Shown: piece by piece, positions 1 through 7,425 of the stretch
Numbering within the stretch: position 1 is the stretch's first letter
Layout: each line of letters begins with the position of its first letter
Assembly: GCA_965234725.1 (NCBI GenBank)
Contig: CBDDUX010000025.1
Location: forward strand, 1 to 26,433
DNA: 26,433 nt
DNA from: Thermoplasmatota archaeon
GTDB lineage: Archaea > Thermoplasmatota > Penumbrarchaeia > Penumbrarchaeales > Penumbrarchaeaceae
Reading direction: 5' to 3'
The notes under the pieces: model-generated
The model's database searches: none
What the model was told of the DNA's origin: nothing
What the model saw: the letters and a program-made list of their open reading frames with translations, nothing else
Program-made: the position numbers and the translations under genes

Positions 1-177
1 TAGTACTTACGGTACCTGGGCTCAAAAAGTCATCATTACTCAGACAGACTCTACAGATTTTTTTAAAAATATATCTACTTATTGAAAATATTTATATTCT
101 AATAAAATTCATATATAAATTGACGAAGGAAATGAATTCATATTTTATAAGGAAGTTATACAAAGGCGAACAAACTA

Positions 178-185
178 TTTATAAG
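178..185 (+). promoter_or_regulatory. Putative TATA box for the TFB paralog (implies a ~90-100 nt leader)
   Basis: TTTATAAG preceded by an A-rich BRE-like GAACAAAC, ~115 nt upstream of the ORF. The region is AT-rich, so other TATA-like words exist. Confidence 0.4.
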
Positions 186-220
186 ATAATTCTGTATTTT
201 GTGTGTTCAGTATATTTGGG

Positions 221-250
221 TGTGACTAATTGGCGATGAGATTGGTCATA
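221..250 (+). promoter_or_regulatory. Leader hairpin with TGGCGATGAG loop (upstream of tfb)
   Basis: TGTGACTAAT (221-230) pairs with ATTGGTCATA (241-250), 10 bp including 2 G-U pairs. The loop TGGCGATGAG shares GGCGATG with the hairpins at 2192-2211 and 9263-9287. Confidence 0.45.
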
Positions 251-300
251 TCTCGCTAGGATTCGATTAGCTTCAACTTTGAAACCGAATTTACTCATGC

Positions 301-1188
301 GTGATAGCAATGGAAAGCATATTAGAGATAACTGAATGTCCCAACTGTGGTTCATCTGATACTGAAAATGATGTGGGAAGAGGGGAACACTTTTGCAGAA
401 AGTGTGGCATTATTATAAAAAACAATATAGTTCTCTCCGAACAAAATAAAAAACCATATAAAGAAATATTTTGGAAAAAGCAAACTGATCCACCAGGAGG
501 AATGACAACAATAGGATTTGAAAATCAGGATGTTTTTGGAAACCAATTATCTCAGAGGGATATTACAAAATTGAATCGTTTGAGAAGATGGCAAAATAGG
601 TATAGCAAATTTCAAGAAACAAGGAAATCATCATATGCAATTAAAAAAATCAGAAACACTATAGAAAATATGGATCTGCCAAAAAATGTTGGTTTCCTAT
701 CTTCTGATTTATTTTTCTCGCTGAACAAGAATCAAATTGTTGATAAATGGGGTAGGGATTGCATCATCTATGCTTGTATTCTTTTAACTTGTAGAAAATT
801 AAAGATCCCTATTACCATTAAGCAACTTTCCAGATATAGCGGAATAGATAGGAAGTTTATTGGAAGAGCATATAAGAAAATTATAAATTACAAAGGTGAT
901 ACCATACCCCTTCAAAATCCTAAGGATTTTCTCGAATTGTATTCTAGGAAACTAAAATTAAATATTGAAACAAAAGATGAAACCTCTAAAATCCTGGATA
1001 TCATAGTAAAATGTGGTGAGATGTCAGGAAAGGAGCCATCTAGTATTGTAGCCTCAGCAATATATCTCGCATGTAAAAAAAGTAATCAATACAGAACACA
1101 AAATGAGATTTCAAAGGCAACTGGGGTTTCCGAGATAACTATTAGGAGACGTTATAAGGAGATCATTCCCCTCCTAAAAAAAATGTAA
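301..1188 (+). CDS. tfb: Transcription initiation factor B (TFB/TFIIB family), divergent paralog
   Basis: N-terminal Zn ribbon CPNC...CRKCG, linker DVFGNQL...RLRRWQ, two cyclin-fold repeats, and C-terminal HTH SGKEPSSIVASAIYLAC...RTQNEISKATGVSEITIRRRYKEI. The start may be ATG 310. Confidence 0.95.
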   Translation: MIAMESILEITECPNCGSSDTENDVGRGEHFCRKCGIIIKNNIVLSEQNKKPYKEIFWKKQTDPPGGMTTIGFENQDVFGNQLSQRDITKLNRLRRWQNRYSKFQETRKSSYAIKKIRNTIENMDLPKNVGFLSSDLFFSLNKNQIVDKWGRDCIIYACILLTCRKLKIPITIKQLSRYSGIDRKFIGRAYKKIINYKGDTIPLQNPKDFLELYSRKLKLNIETKDETSKILDIIVKCGEMSGKEPSSIVASAIYLACKKSNQYRTQNEISKATGVSEITIRRRYKEIIPLLKKM

Positions 1189-1832
1189 CATATTTCAATA
1201 TCTTGTTATCATCCCCCTTAATAGTATTCACCCCACTATACTTTCTATATAGTGGATCCTTTCATTAGAACACAAAAATTCATATACTGAGCATCCCTTT
1301 TATAAAAAAAAAAGGGTCCATTCTTGTTCAAAATCATTCAATTATTCCTATCTCTGGGATGGAGTCCTTTTATCAACTATAAAGAAAGAAAAGTGTTCCT
1401 AACCAATATTGGTATCAGTCCTATTTTTTTATTTCCCATTTATGATTAAATCACTCTTTAAATGATTGATAAAATTTTATTAATATCTTAAGATTTAGAT
1501 TATTCGACATAGGTCCTGAGTCCCCTCTAATGTTAAGAACTGAAAAAAAATTTAAAAAATTATGATTCTTCTCCCAATTTAGGGAGGACCTCAATAAATG
1601 AAAGCTGATGTGCAAAAAGGCAACTGAAAGCCATGCCAGAAAGGTGTAATATTATTGCCAAACTCCTTGTTTTAAAACTTCATTTCTCAATGGTCATACC
1701 TACTTTGTATAACAGATCATTTAGCAGAAAACTCAAATAGATAATTAATAGAGTTGATATCATAAATTATATCATATTAATATCATTTTATATGTCTTTC
1801 ATTATTTTCTATGTCGTTACCTAAATTCGGAG

Positions 1833-1910
1833 AAGAGCCAAAATTATAAAAGTTAATAAAGAAAATTGCCCGTAAAAATAAATCAATCCCTCTGGTGGCT
1901 CTCTTATTTT
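1833..1910 (+). repeat. Hairpin-family element H (copy 1): AAGAGCCA...CTGGTGGCTCT + T-tract
   Basis: AGAGCCA (1834-1840) is complementary to TGGCTCT (1896-1902). The 3' arm matches YGRTGGYTCT at 2795, 3009 and 7449. Confidence 0.35.
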
Positions 1911-2026
1911 GGTAAAATTTCCCAATAATATTTAGAAAGCTTCAATTCTGGTTTTATTGTCACCCAAAAAAATCTGGGAGATCCTATTGTTTATATTTCA
2001 AGAAAGCTAAGAAATTCCTGATGGGA

Positions 2027-2050
2027 TCGTATGGTCATCGTACCATACGA
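2027..2050. promoter_or_regulatory. Perfect 9-6-9 inverted repeat, candidate transcription-factor operator
   Basis: TCGTATGGT-catcgt-ACCATACGA, ~35 bp upstream of the TATA-like TTTATATT at 2084-2091. Confidence 0.45.
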
Positions 2051-2083
2051 CTTAAATAAAAGTACAAGAGGGGTTCCACGCTG

Positions 2084-2091
2084 TTTATATT
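2084..2091 (+). promoter_or_regulatory. Putative TATA box for small-gene module copy 1
   Basis: TTTATATT lies ~20-25 nt before the abrupt switch to GC-rich structured sequence at ~2111. Confidence 0.45.
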
Positions 2092-2134
2092 AATAGAGAA
2101 GCATCTTTTTACCACACCCGAGGCACCTGCGGTT

Positions 2135-2217
2135 GACCCCGGAACCATGTTCCGTTCCATCTGAACAGGTTCCAGAGCTTCCCGACGGAAGCATGGAAGG
2201 CGATGTCCATGGGGGTC
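2135..2217 (+). ncRNA. Candidate structured 5' leader (four-way junction)
   Basis: Closing stem GACCCC 2135-2140/GGGGTC 2212-2217 encloses three hairpins: GGAACC(a)TGTTC/GAACAGGTTCC (2141-2173), GCTTCC-cgac-GGAAGC (2177-2192) and ATGGA-aggcgatg-TCCAT (2193-2210). Confidence 0.5.
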
Positions 2218-2250
2218 CCCGGACAGCTATCTGAGTGAGGAGAGAGTAAA

Positions 2251-2409
2251 GTGAAAAAAGCAGCAGACATTGGAAAGATGAGGACTAAGATCTCATCCAT
2301 ACTGAAGGAATACCCCGAACTGGAGGAGATCGTGGAAGAGGTGAACGAGGAGCTCTGGGCGCTTGAGCTTGCCCTGGAGCTTGAAAACAAGAGGGGTGAT
2401 GAACAATGA
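2251..2409 (+). CDS. Small acidic helical protein A1 (52 aa, not in ORF track), paralog of 9090-9236
   Basis: GTG start after GAGGAG; translates to MKKAADIGKMRTKISSILKEYPELEEIVEEVNEELWALELALELENKRGDEQ. Its stop overlaps the next start (ATGA, 2406-2409). 25/48 identities to A2 by manual alignment. Confidence 0.85.
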   Translation: MKKAADIGKMRTKISSILKEYPELEEIVEEVNEELWALELALELENKRGDEQ

Positions 2410-2690
2410 TCCCCAAGAAGAGAAGATCGGAACCTGCCCTCATGAAGAGGATCAAGCGGGTCATCCACAAGATAAAACCGGACCAACTAGATCTTTCACC
2501 TGCCACTGTATTGGAACTCCTGGAGACCTGCGACAGACAGGACATCGATGTCCTTGAGATAGACTGGGAGGACAATGGAGAGACTACCAAGCATATTTCC
2601 ATAGAGGGGATTCCCATCGTCCTTTCGATCAAGCTGTCACATCTTCAGCACAGGATGGACCTGATAGGAAAAAAGTCAGTGTCCGAATGA
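2406..2690 (+). CDS. Hypothetical protein B1 (94 aa), paralog of 8828-9088
   Basis: RBS AGGGGTGA; translationally coupled to A1; 39/79 identities to B2 by manual alignment (KIxPDxLxLSPxTVxExLE...VLE...EDxGExTKHI...GIPxxLSIKxSH). Confidence 0.88.
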   Translation: MIPKKRRSEPALMKRIKRVIHKIKPDQLDLSPATVLELLETCDRQDIDVLEIDWEDNGETTKHISIEGIPIVLSIKLSHLQHRMDLIGKKSVSE

Positions 2691-2751
2691 ATGGAGCCCT
2701 ATGTCGATAAGAGATGTCGACACCTTGACAAGTATGGCAAGTACATGGATC

Positions 2752-2814
2752 AAGAGCTAATCGGGAGAATTACACATACAGAAAAATTTTTCTCCGGTGG
2801 CTCTTTTTCTTTTC
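2752..2814 (+). terminator. Hairpin-family element H (copy 2), terminator-like
   Basis: AAGAGCTAATCGGGAGAA (2752-2769) pairs imperfectly with TTCTCCGGTGGCTCTT, followed by TTTCTTTTC. It lies downstream of module copy 1. Confidence 0.5.
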
Positions 2815-2876
2815 AATCTTTTCTTATTGATAACTTAAAACAAAAAGTTTGAAAAATCTGCGATTATTCTAAGACC

Positions 2877-2933
2877 ATTTTTATTCTGATTAGAAATACC
2901 ACCCTCGGGATTCGATCCTTATGATTCGACCAT
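2877..2933 (+). repeat. 57-bp direct repeat R57, copy 1
   Basis: ATTTTTATTCTGATTAGAAATACCACCCTCGGGATTCGATCCTTATGATTCGACCAT; 49/57 identical, ungapped, to 7459-7515. Confidence 0.85.
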
Positions 2934-2954
2934 TGGAAAATCAAAGATTTTCCA
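2934..2954. repeat. Perfect 9-bp inverted repeat directly abutting R57
   Basis: TGGAAAATC-aaa-GATTTTCCA. Confidence 0.7.
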
Positions 2955-3270
2955 GACCTCCTCGCCTTAAACTAATTTCACTCAGTTCTTCCGCTCAGAG
3001 GATCTCCCTGGTGGTTCTTTATCTACTCCTTAGCTCGAAAAGATGAGGAGTATATCGGCCCTGGGTAATTTGAACTACCAAGGACCTTGTGACTGCGGGA
3101 CCCAATATTTTATCAATTATTGAAAAACAGATTGATATAAGCTTTACCTCGATTTTGATAGATTTCGAAGGTGTAGAAGTAAATTCCACAGGTGTATTAA
3201 TACAATTTTCACTTTTATTAAAATGCCAATTCACATAGTAGAGGCTATGGGAATTGGTTGAGGTGAATGC

Positions 3271-4569
3271 GTGAAAATGAAAAATGGAATATTATCAATC
3301 TGGCTGGTGGCCGTTCTCTTTATGATCGGCCTTGGAATGTTGATCATCCCATCAAGTGTGGATGCAGCATATACGGGAATAGTGACGATAAATGCCGATG
3401 GAAGCGTAACACCTTCCGATGCACCAATTATTGGTGAAGGAAAGAGCTACAAACTGACGGATGATATCGATGGCATGCTTGTGATTAAGAAGTCCAATAC
3501 GGGCGTTAACGGTATGGGATATGCCATCACAGGAGATGGGACAAATTATGGTATCCATCTTGACAACGTGAAGGGTGTGACTATCAAGAACTTCTACGTC
3601 TACGATGCCAAAGACGGAATATACTTGGAAGCATCCTGTAAATGCACCATCAAGGACAATACGGTAAGCGATTCCATCAGGTTCGGGATAACCGCATGGG
3701 ATGACTCGGATGGTAACACCATCAAGGACAATTATGTGACCGGTAACAACGCTGGAATAGCTTTGATATATGACAGCGACGAGAATGTGGTGAAGGACAA
3801 TACGGTTACCTATAACGGCTATGGCCTGGATACTTACCATTCCGATGAAAACATGTTCAAGGACAATATCGTTACCTATCATTCCATGTGGGGTATCAGT
3901 TTCAGGTTTTCCGGTGACAATGTTGCCAAGGATAATTATGTGGATACATGCAACGGGTTCGGTATCGGCATATATTGGGGGACAGGGGGCCACCTGGCAA
4001 AGAAAAATATTATAAAGAACTGTGGTGGGTCCGGTTTCCAGCTCAACAATGAAGGCGACATATTCGTCATGGAAAATGAGATCTACGACTGCTATATCGG
4101 GATCGGCTCTTGGTATACCTGGGATATTACTCTGAAATACAATTACATCACCGGAAGCTCCGTACCTGGGATATATATCGATACAGCAACTGGACAATAT
4201 GTCAATGGTAATGAGATCGTTGAAAACACATTCGGAATCTATTTCTGGAACAGTGATGAGACGTTGGAGTTTGACAATGTTATTACTTGCAACCTCATAG
4301 AGGGTAATGTTTACGGTATCTATACCGATGATTACACTTTTGGACCCTATATTGCTTACGATTGCGGTGGTAATACCCTGCACCATAACAATATCATCGA
4401 TAACATCTTCCAGGTCTACGAAGGTTTTGATAACATCTGGGATGATGGGAAGGGAGAGGGAAACTACTGGAGCGATTACACGGGTGAGGACACCAATGAT
4501 GATGGAGTCGGTGACACGATGCTTCCACACAATGGTGTAGATAATTATCCCCTTATGGAACAATGTTGA
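3271..4569 (+). CDS. Secreted right-handed parallel beta-helix protein (NosD/CASH-type repeats)
   Basis: RBS GAGGTGA; signal peptide ending VDA; repeated GIxL...NxIxxNxI units; C-terminal WDDGKGEGNYWSDYTGxDxNxDGVGD...DNYPL typical of archaeal NosD-domain proteins. No other nos genes are present. Confidence 0.88.
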   Translation: MKMKNGILSIWLVAVLFMIGLGMLIIPSSVDAAYTGIVTINADGSVTPSDAPIIGEGKSYKLTDDIDGMLVIKKSNTGVNGMGYAITGDGTNYGIHLDNVKGVTIKNFYVYDAKDGIYLEASCKCTIKDNTVSDSIRFGITAWDDSDGNTIKDNYVTGNNAGIALIYDSDENVVKDNTVTYNGYGLDTYHSDENMFKDNIVTYHSMWGISFRFSGDNVAKDNYVDTCNGFGIGIYWGTGGHLAKKNIIKNCGGSGFQLNNEGDIFVMENEIYDCYIGIGSWYTWDITLKYNYITGSSVPGIYIDTATGQYVNGNEIVENTFGIYFWNSDETLEFDNVITCNLIEGNVYGIYTDDYTFGPYIAYDCGGNTLHHNNIIDNIFQVYEGFDNIWDDGKGEGNYWSDYTGEDTNDDGVGDTMLPHNGVDNYPLMEQC

Positions 4570-4589
4570 GATCTTAGAAATTTGAACAT

Positions 4590-4620
4590 GGGCCCATAAT
4601 ATGGGCCCTTTTTATTTTTT
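4590..4620 (+). terminator. Hairpin plus T-tract terminator
   Basis: GGGCCCAT-aat-ATGGGCCC followed by TTTTTATTTTTT, 20 nt after the stop codon. Confidence 0.7.
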
Positions 4621-4786
4621 AATAATCAAGTATAATCTCTCAAGTAGGATCCAAAAAGTTTTAAAATTTACAGTATTGTTTTTGGGATCTTAGATGTTAT
4701 CACCTCCAAGGTGAGAAAGATCTCGGGTATGAGAGATCGTTGAAAGATCAGAGAACCAAATTTTCAAAGTTCCTATTTGGTTGACC

Positions 4787-6880
4787 CTATACCTGATCGA
4801 CTTGAAAGTCCAATTCCAGTTCCACTCCCTCATATTCTATCAAGATCCTATCCGAGTCAAACGGTGTTGTTGAATATGGATTGTCCCATCTCGGATAATC
4901 TCTCAGGGATATCTCCTCATTATTCACCTTCAAAGGTCCTGTCCAACCAAACTCTATCTTGCCTATTCCATCTGCATGAAATTCGATTTCCAGGTCATCA
5001 ACTTTCAACTTGGACCCTGATACATTCTCGATAAAATTACTGAAGTCACCATCGACCTCCTTTCTTCCCATGTGACAGACCCAGATATTCTCCCTTCCAA
5101 GTGCAACTATCTCCTGATCTGCATCGATACCTTCCGTCTGCCATTCATAAGGAAGGTGGGAATATAGAGCCACATAACCCTCATCTTTCCTCCCGAATAT
5201 CCATCCCCCACCGTCATCCGAAGGAACCTCTCTTACCTCATCGAAGGCCCATTTGGGGAAATATGCATGGGTGAAAGCATAATGCCTTGATTCCAGGATA
5301 TCTATGGATCTGTCTATCTTGTGAATAGCTATCAGTGTATTGTTAAACTGAGCTGTCCGTGGCATGCGGCCGTTGGAGAGCCAATACCCTGGCTTGTCCT
5401 TTTCATTCATTGAATCAGGATTGGTTACGTACACAACAGCATAAGGACCCAGAGTAGCCTGCCAAATATGCTGCTGGTAGCCTTTTTCCCCTTTTCTCCA
5501 TTCCTGAGCATTGCTCAGCATATAATCAGGAGTTCGATATGTTATCTTGTTTACCTCCGATAACAATACACCGTTTGAATCCGAACCAAGAGAAGCGCTT
5601 GCTTCTTCGAGGAGATCTAGTGCTTGAAGGACCTTACCGAGAGATTTGAAATCCTTGAAATCCGGATAATGCCACATCTTCCAATCATCCGCTCTTGTCA
5701 AGGTTTCATCAATTACAAGTGGATGGGTGAAACAACCCATTCCCCACCAAACAACGATATCATCAGATGATGAAAGACTCAGGTTCCTCTTCTTTGCTTC
5801 AGATTCGGTCATAGGTATTGAATGCCTTTCCCTGTTTATCATGACATCCGGCATGTCCAGAGCGATATTCTCGATTACTGGAGGAAGCGTATAATTGGAC
5901 AATGCCAGTGATATGACACCCATGCTTGTCTTGGAGTGGAATCTTCCCACCCCCCACATCAAGGCCTGAATGGACACCACAGGATCACTCCCAGAACTCT
6001 GGACGTTCTTTGCGGTTGATCTACCATGAGAAGTACCATAAATACCGTAGAAGGAATCGACTGCCATATCGAACATGATGAGGTCTATAATCGTTGATGC
6101 CTTTGCTGAAAGGTTCCTCGAGAAGTCCACAAGGTTGAGAAGTGCTGCAATATCCTCCGGATAATATGTGTTGGAATCCCATTCTGCAAATCCTATCTTG
6201 AACCTCCATTCTATCCATCTGAGGATCATCGGAAATGCATGTTCCATTCTCTCTATACCTGACATCCCGTTGTTTGTGAATATCTCGTTGGGGAACAGCT
6301 GTCCTGCAAGATATTCCGATGAGAATACCAGTATTTGATGATTCTCAGTCCACAGTTCCATGGCGCTTTTATTGGGATTTGGCTCGTCGAGCCAGTACTG
6401 GAATCCAAGTATAGCCTCCTTCACCGAATCCATTTGCGTTTGGGTGAGAACATCTCTGAAAGAGTAATACAAGCGAATCAGACCGGCCAATGTGAAATCG
6501 GCACAATCGTGTCTTTCCTTGACAAAGGTTGTCAGGTAATCCAGGGTATCAACAGGAAATTGGTCCTTACCGTTCTCGATCTTTGCAAGTTCGGTCCATA
6601 TAGAATCTCTGGACCCATTCGGTGTTGACTGGTTTGAAACCCAATCCAGGTATATCTGCTTCCGTCTCGAGAAATTGTTCTCGAAAGGTTGTTTGTGGAA
6701 AACAGGGTCATCGGGAGAAGGTCTGATGGGTTGTTGATCCCCGATCCTTGCGGATGGGAATTCGGGTTCCACATAGAAACTCTTCTTCAGCCTGACTGCA
6801 GCGATGGATGTGATGATTATCAGAACTAAAAATATTGCAAGTAATATCTTGTACTTTTTTTTCAATCTCTTCATCTCCAA
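4787..6880 (-). CDS. Membrane-anchored/secreted hypothetical protein, possibly heparinase II/III-like polysaccharide lyase fold
   Basis: 697-aa ORF (start probably ATG 6874) with a basic N-terminus and hydrophobic anchor. The helical N-half has WTENHQIL, GFAEWDSNTYY and GTSHGR; the C-half is beta-rich. The fold assignment is inference only. Confidence 0.75.
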   Translation of the reverse strand: MEMKRLKKKYKILLAIFLVLIIITSIAAVRLKKSFYVEPEFPSARIGDQQPIRPSPDDPVFHKQPFENNFSRRKQIYLDWVSNQSTPNGSRDSIWTELAKIENGKDQFPVDTLDYLTTFVKERHDCADFTLAGLIRLYYSFRDVLTQTQMDSVKEAILGFQYWLDEPNPNKSAMELWTENHQILVFSSEYLAGQLFPNEIFTNNGMSGIERMEHAFPMILRWIEWRFKIGFAEWDSNTYYPEDIAALLNLVDFSRNLSAKASTIIDLIMFDMAVDSFYGIYGTSHGRSTAKNVQSSGSDPVVSIQALMWGVGRFHSKTSMGVISLALSNYTLPPVIENIALDMPDVMINRERHSIPMTESEAKKRNLSLSSSDDIVVWWGMGCFTHPLVIDETLTRADDWKMWHYPDFKDFKSLGKVLQALDLLEEASASLGSDSNGVLLSEVNKITYRTPDYMLSNAQEWRKGEKGYQQHIWQATLGPYAVVYVTNPDSMNEKDKPGYWLSNGRMPRTAQFNNTLIAIHKIDRSIDILESRHYAFTHAYFPKWAFDEVREVPSDDGGGWIFGRKDEGYVALYSHLPYEWQTEGIDADQEIVALGRENIWVCHMGRKEVDGDFSNFIENVSGSKLKVDDLEIEFHADGIGKIEFGWTGPLKVNNEEISLRDYPRWDNPYSTTPFDSDRILIEYEGVELELDFQVDQV

Positions 6881-7084
6881 TATATAAACTGAAATTCGTG
6901 ATATTTGAAATTTTGCCTCCTTGACCGAAGATCCGGGGAGAATATGATATCAAAAGACCGATAAGATAGAGGAGAAACACTATCAATGAAGGCACAAATC
7001 CGATTTTGATCTATTTGTTCTCTATGAGCCATTCCAATATGGAAAATCTGATCTTGTACAACACTTTGACCATCAGGTCGACCT

Positions 7085-7108
7085 CTGTTTCAACTTTTTT
7101 TGAAACAG
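7085..7108. promoter_or_regulatory. Perfect 9-6-9 inverted repeat in a divergent intergenic region
   Basis: CTGTTTCAA-cttttt-TTGAAACAG, between the divergently transcribed 697-aa gene and the MFS gene. Confidence 0.35.
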
Positions 7109-7425
7109 TATAATGCTGATGATCATAAGAGTATCGGTTTCATAACTATTTTAAACCGTTATAAATCCATGGTCAACAAGAATACTACCTGAAGTTCCTA
7201 CCTGTCAATATTGTCTTACTAGCCACTATGCTTTATATTCGCCATTTCCAATTTTCATGGGTAAATGCGACCCTTGAGATATTGCTTGATTTGATCCACC
7301 AATGCTATGATTTTTTTATCGAATCTTAGACCTTATTGGTAAGCCATTTCTCATAAAATGAAAAATCTATAATTAATTAAAAATATTTTATTATATATTT
7401 TAATTGATCTATATTACATTTTCAC

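Noticed and set aside
1189-1830. Long AT-rich spacer with partial inverted repeat AGGTCCT/AGGACCT (1511-1591) and recurring GTCCW words
   Set aside because: Irregular spacing, weak pairing and no ORF or recognisable RNA motif; not distinguishable from chance by eye.
2135-2217. tRNA gene
   Set aside because: Cloverleaf-like, but arm lengths and loops do not fit: no T-loop consensus, D-loop GG or anticodon loop.
2109-2632. Overlapping ORFs 2109-2486 (-), 2285-2632 (-), 2363-2557 (+) and similarly 8853-9230 (+)
   Set aside because: Alternate-frame or antisense shadows of the A-B modules, whose real frames are fixed by paralog conservation.
2691-2852. Possible third small ORF (53 aa from ATG 2691, or 19 aa at 2701-2760) after module 1
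   Set aside because: No counterpart after module 2, no clear RBS, and the longer one runs through the terminator-like hairpin.
2898-2920. tRNA 3' fragment as an att site
   Set aside because: Only the GATTCGATCC word resembles a T-arm. There is no acceptor-stem/CCA continuation and no integrase in the window. Kept only as an unexplained repeat.
3352-4563. 403-aa antisense ORF
   Set aside because: Shadow of the NosD-type gene on the opposite strand, with no recognisable motifs.
3271-4569. True nosD / nitrous-oxide reduction cluster
   Set aside because: No nosZ/F/Y/L nearby; this beta-helix family is common in archaeal surface proteins.
7085-7108. GTTTCAA...TTGAAAC resembles CRISPR repeat termini
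   Set aside because: Single copy, only ~20 nt, with no spacers and no cas genes.
6708-7140. Minus-strand frame with an in-frame TAG (7011-7013) and a hydrophobic stretch; possible pseudogene or stop readthrough
   Set aside because: No recognisable homology, start or RBS. Its 3' part overlaps the 697-aa gene in another frame, and no pyrrolysine genes are in view.
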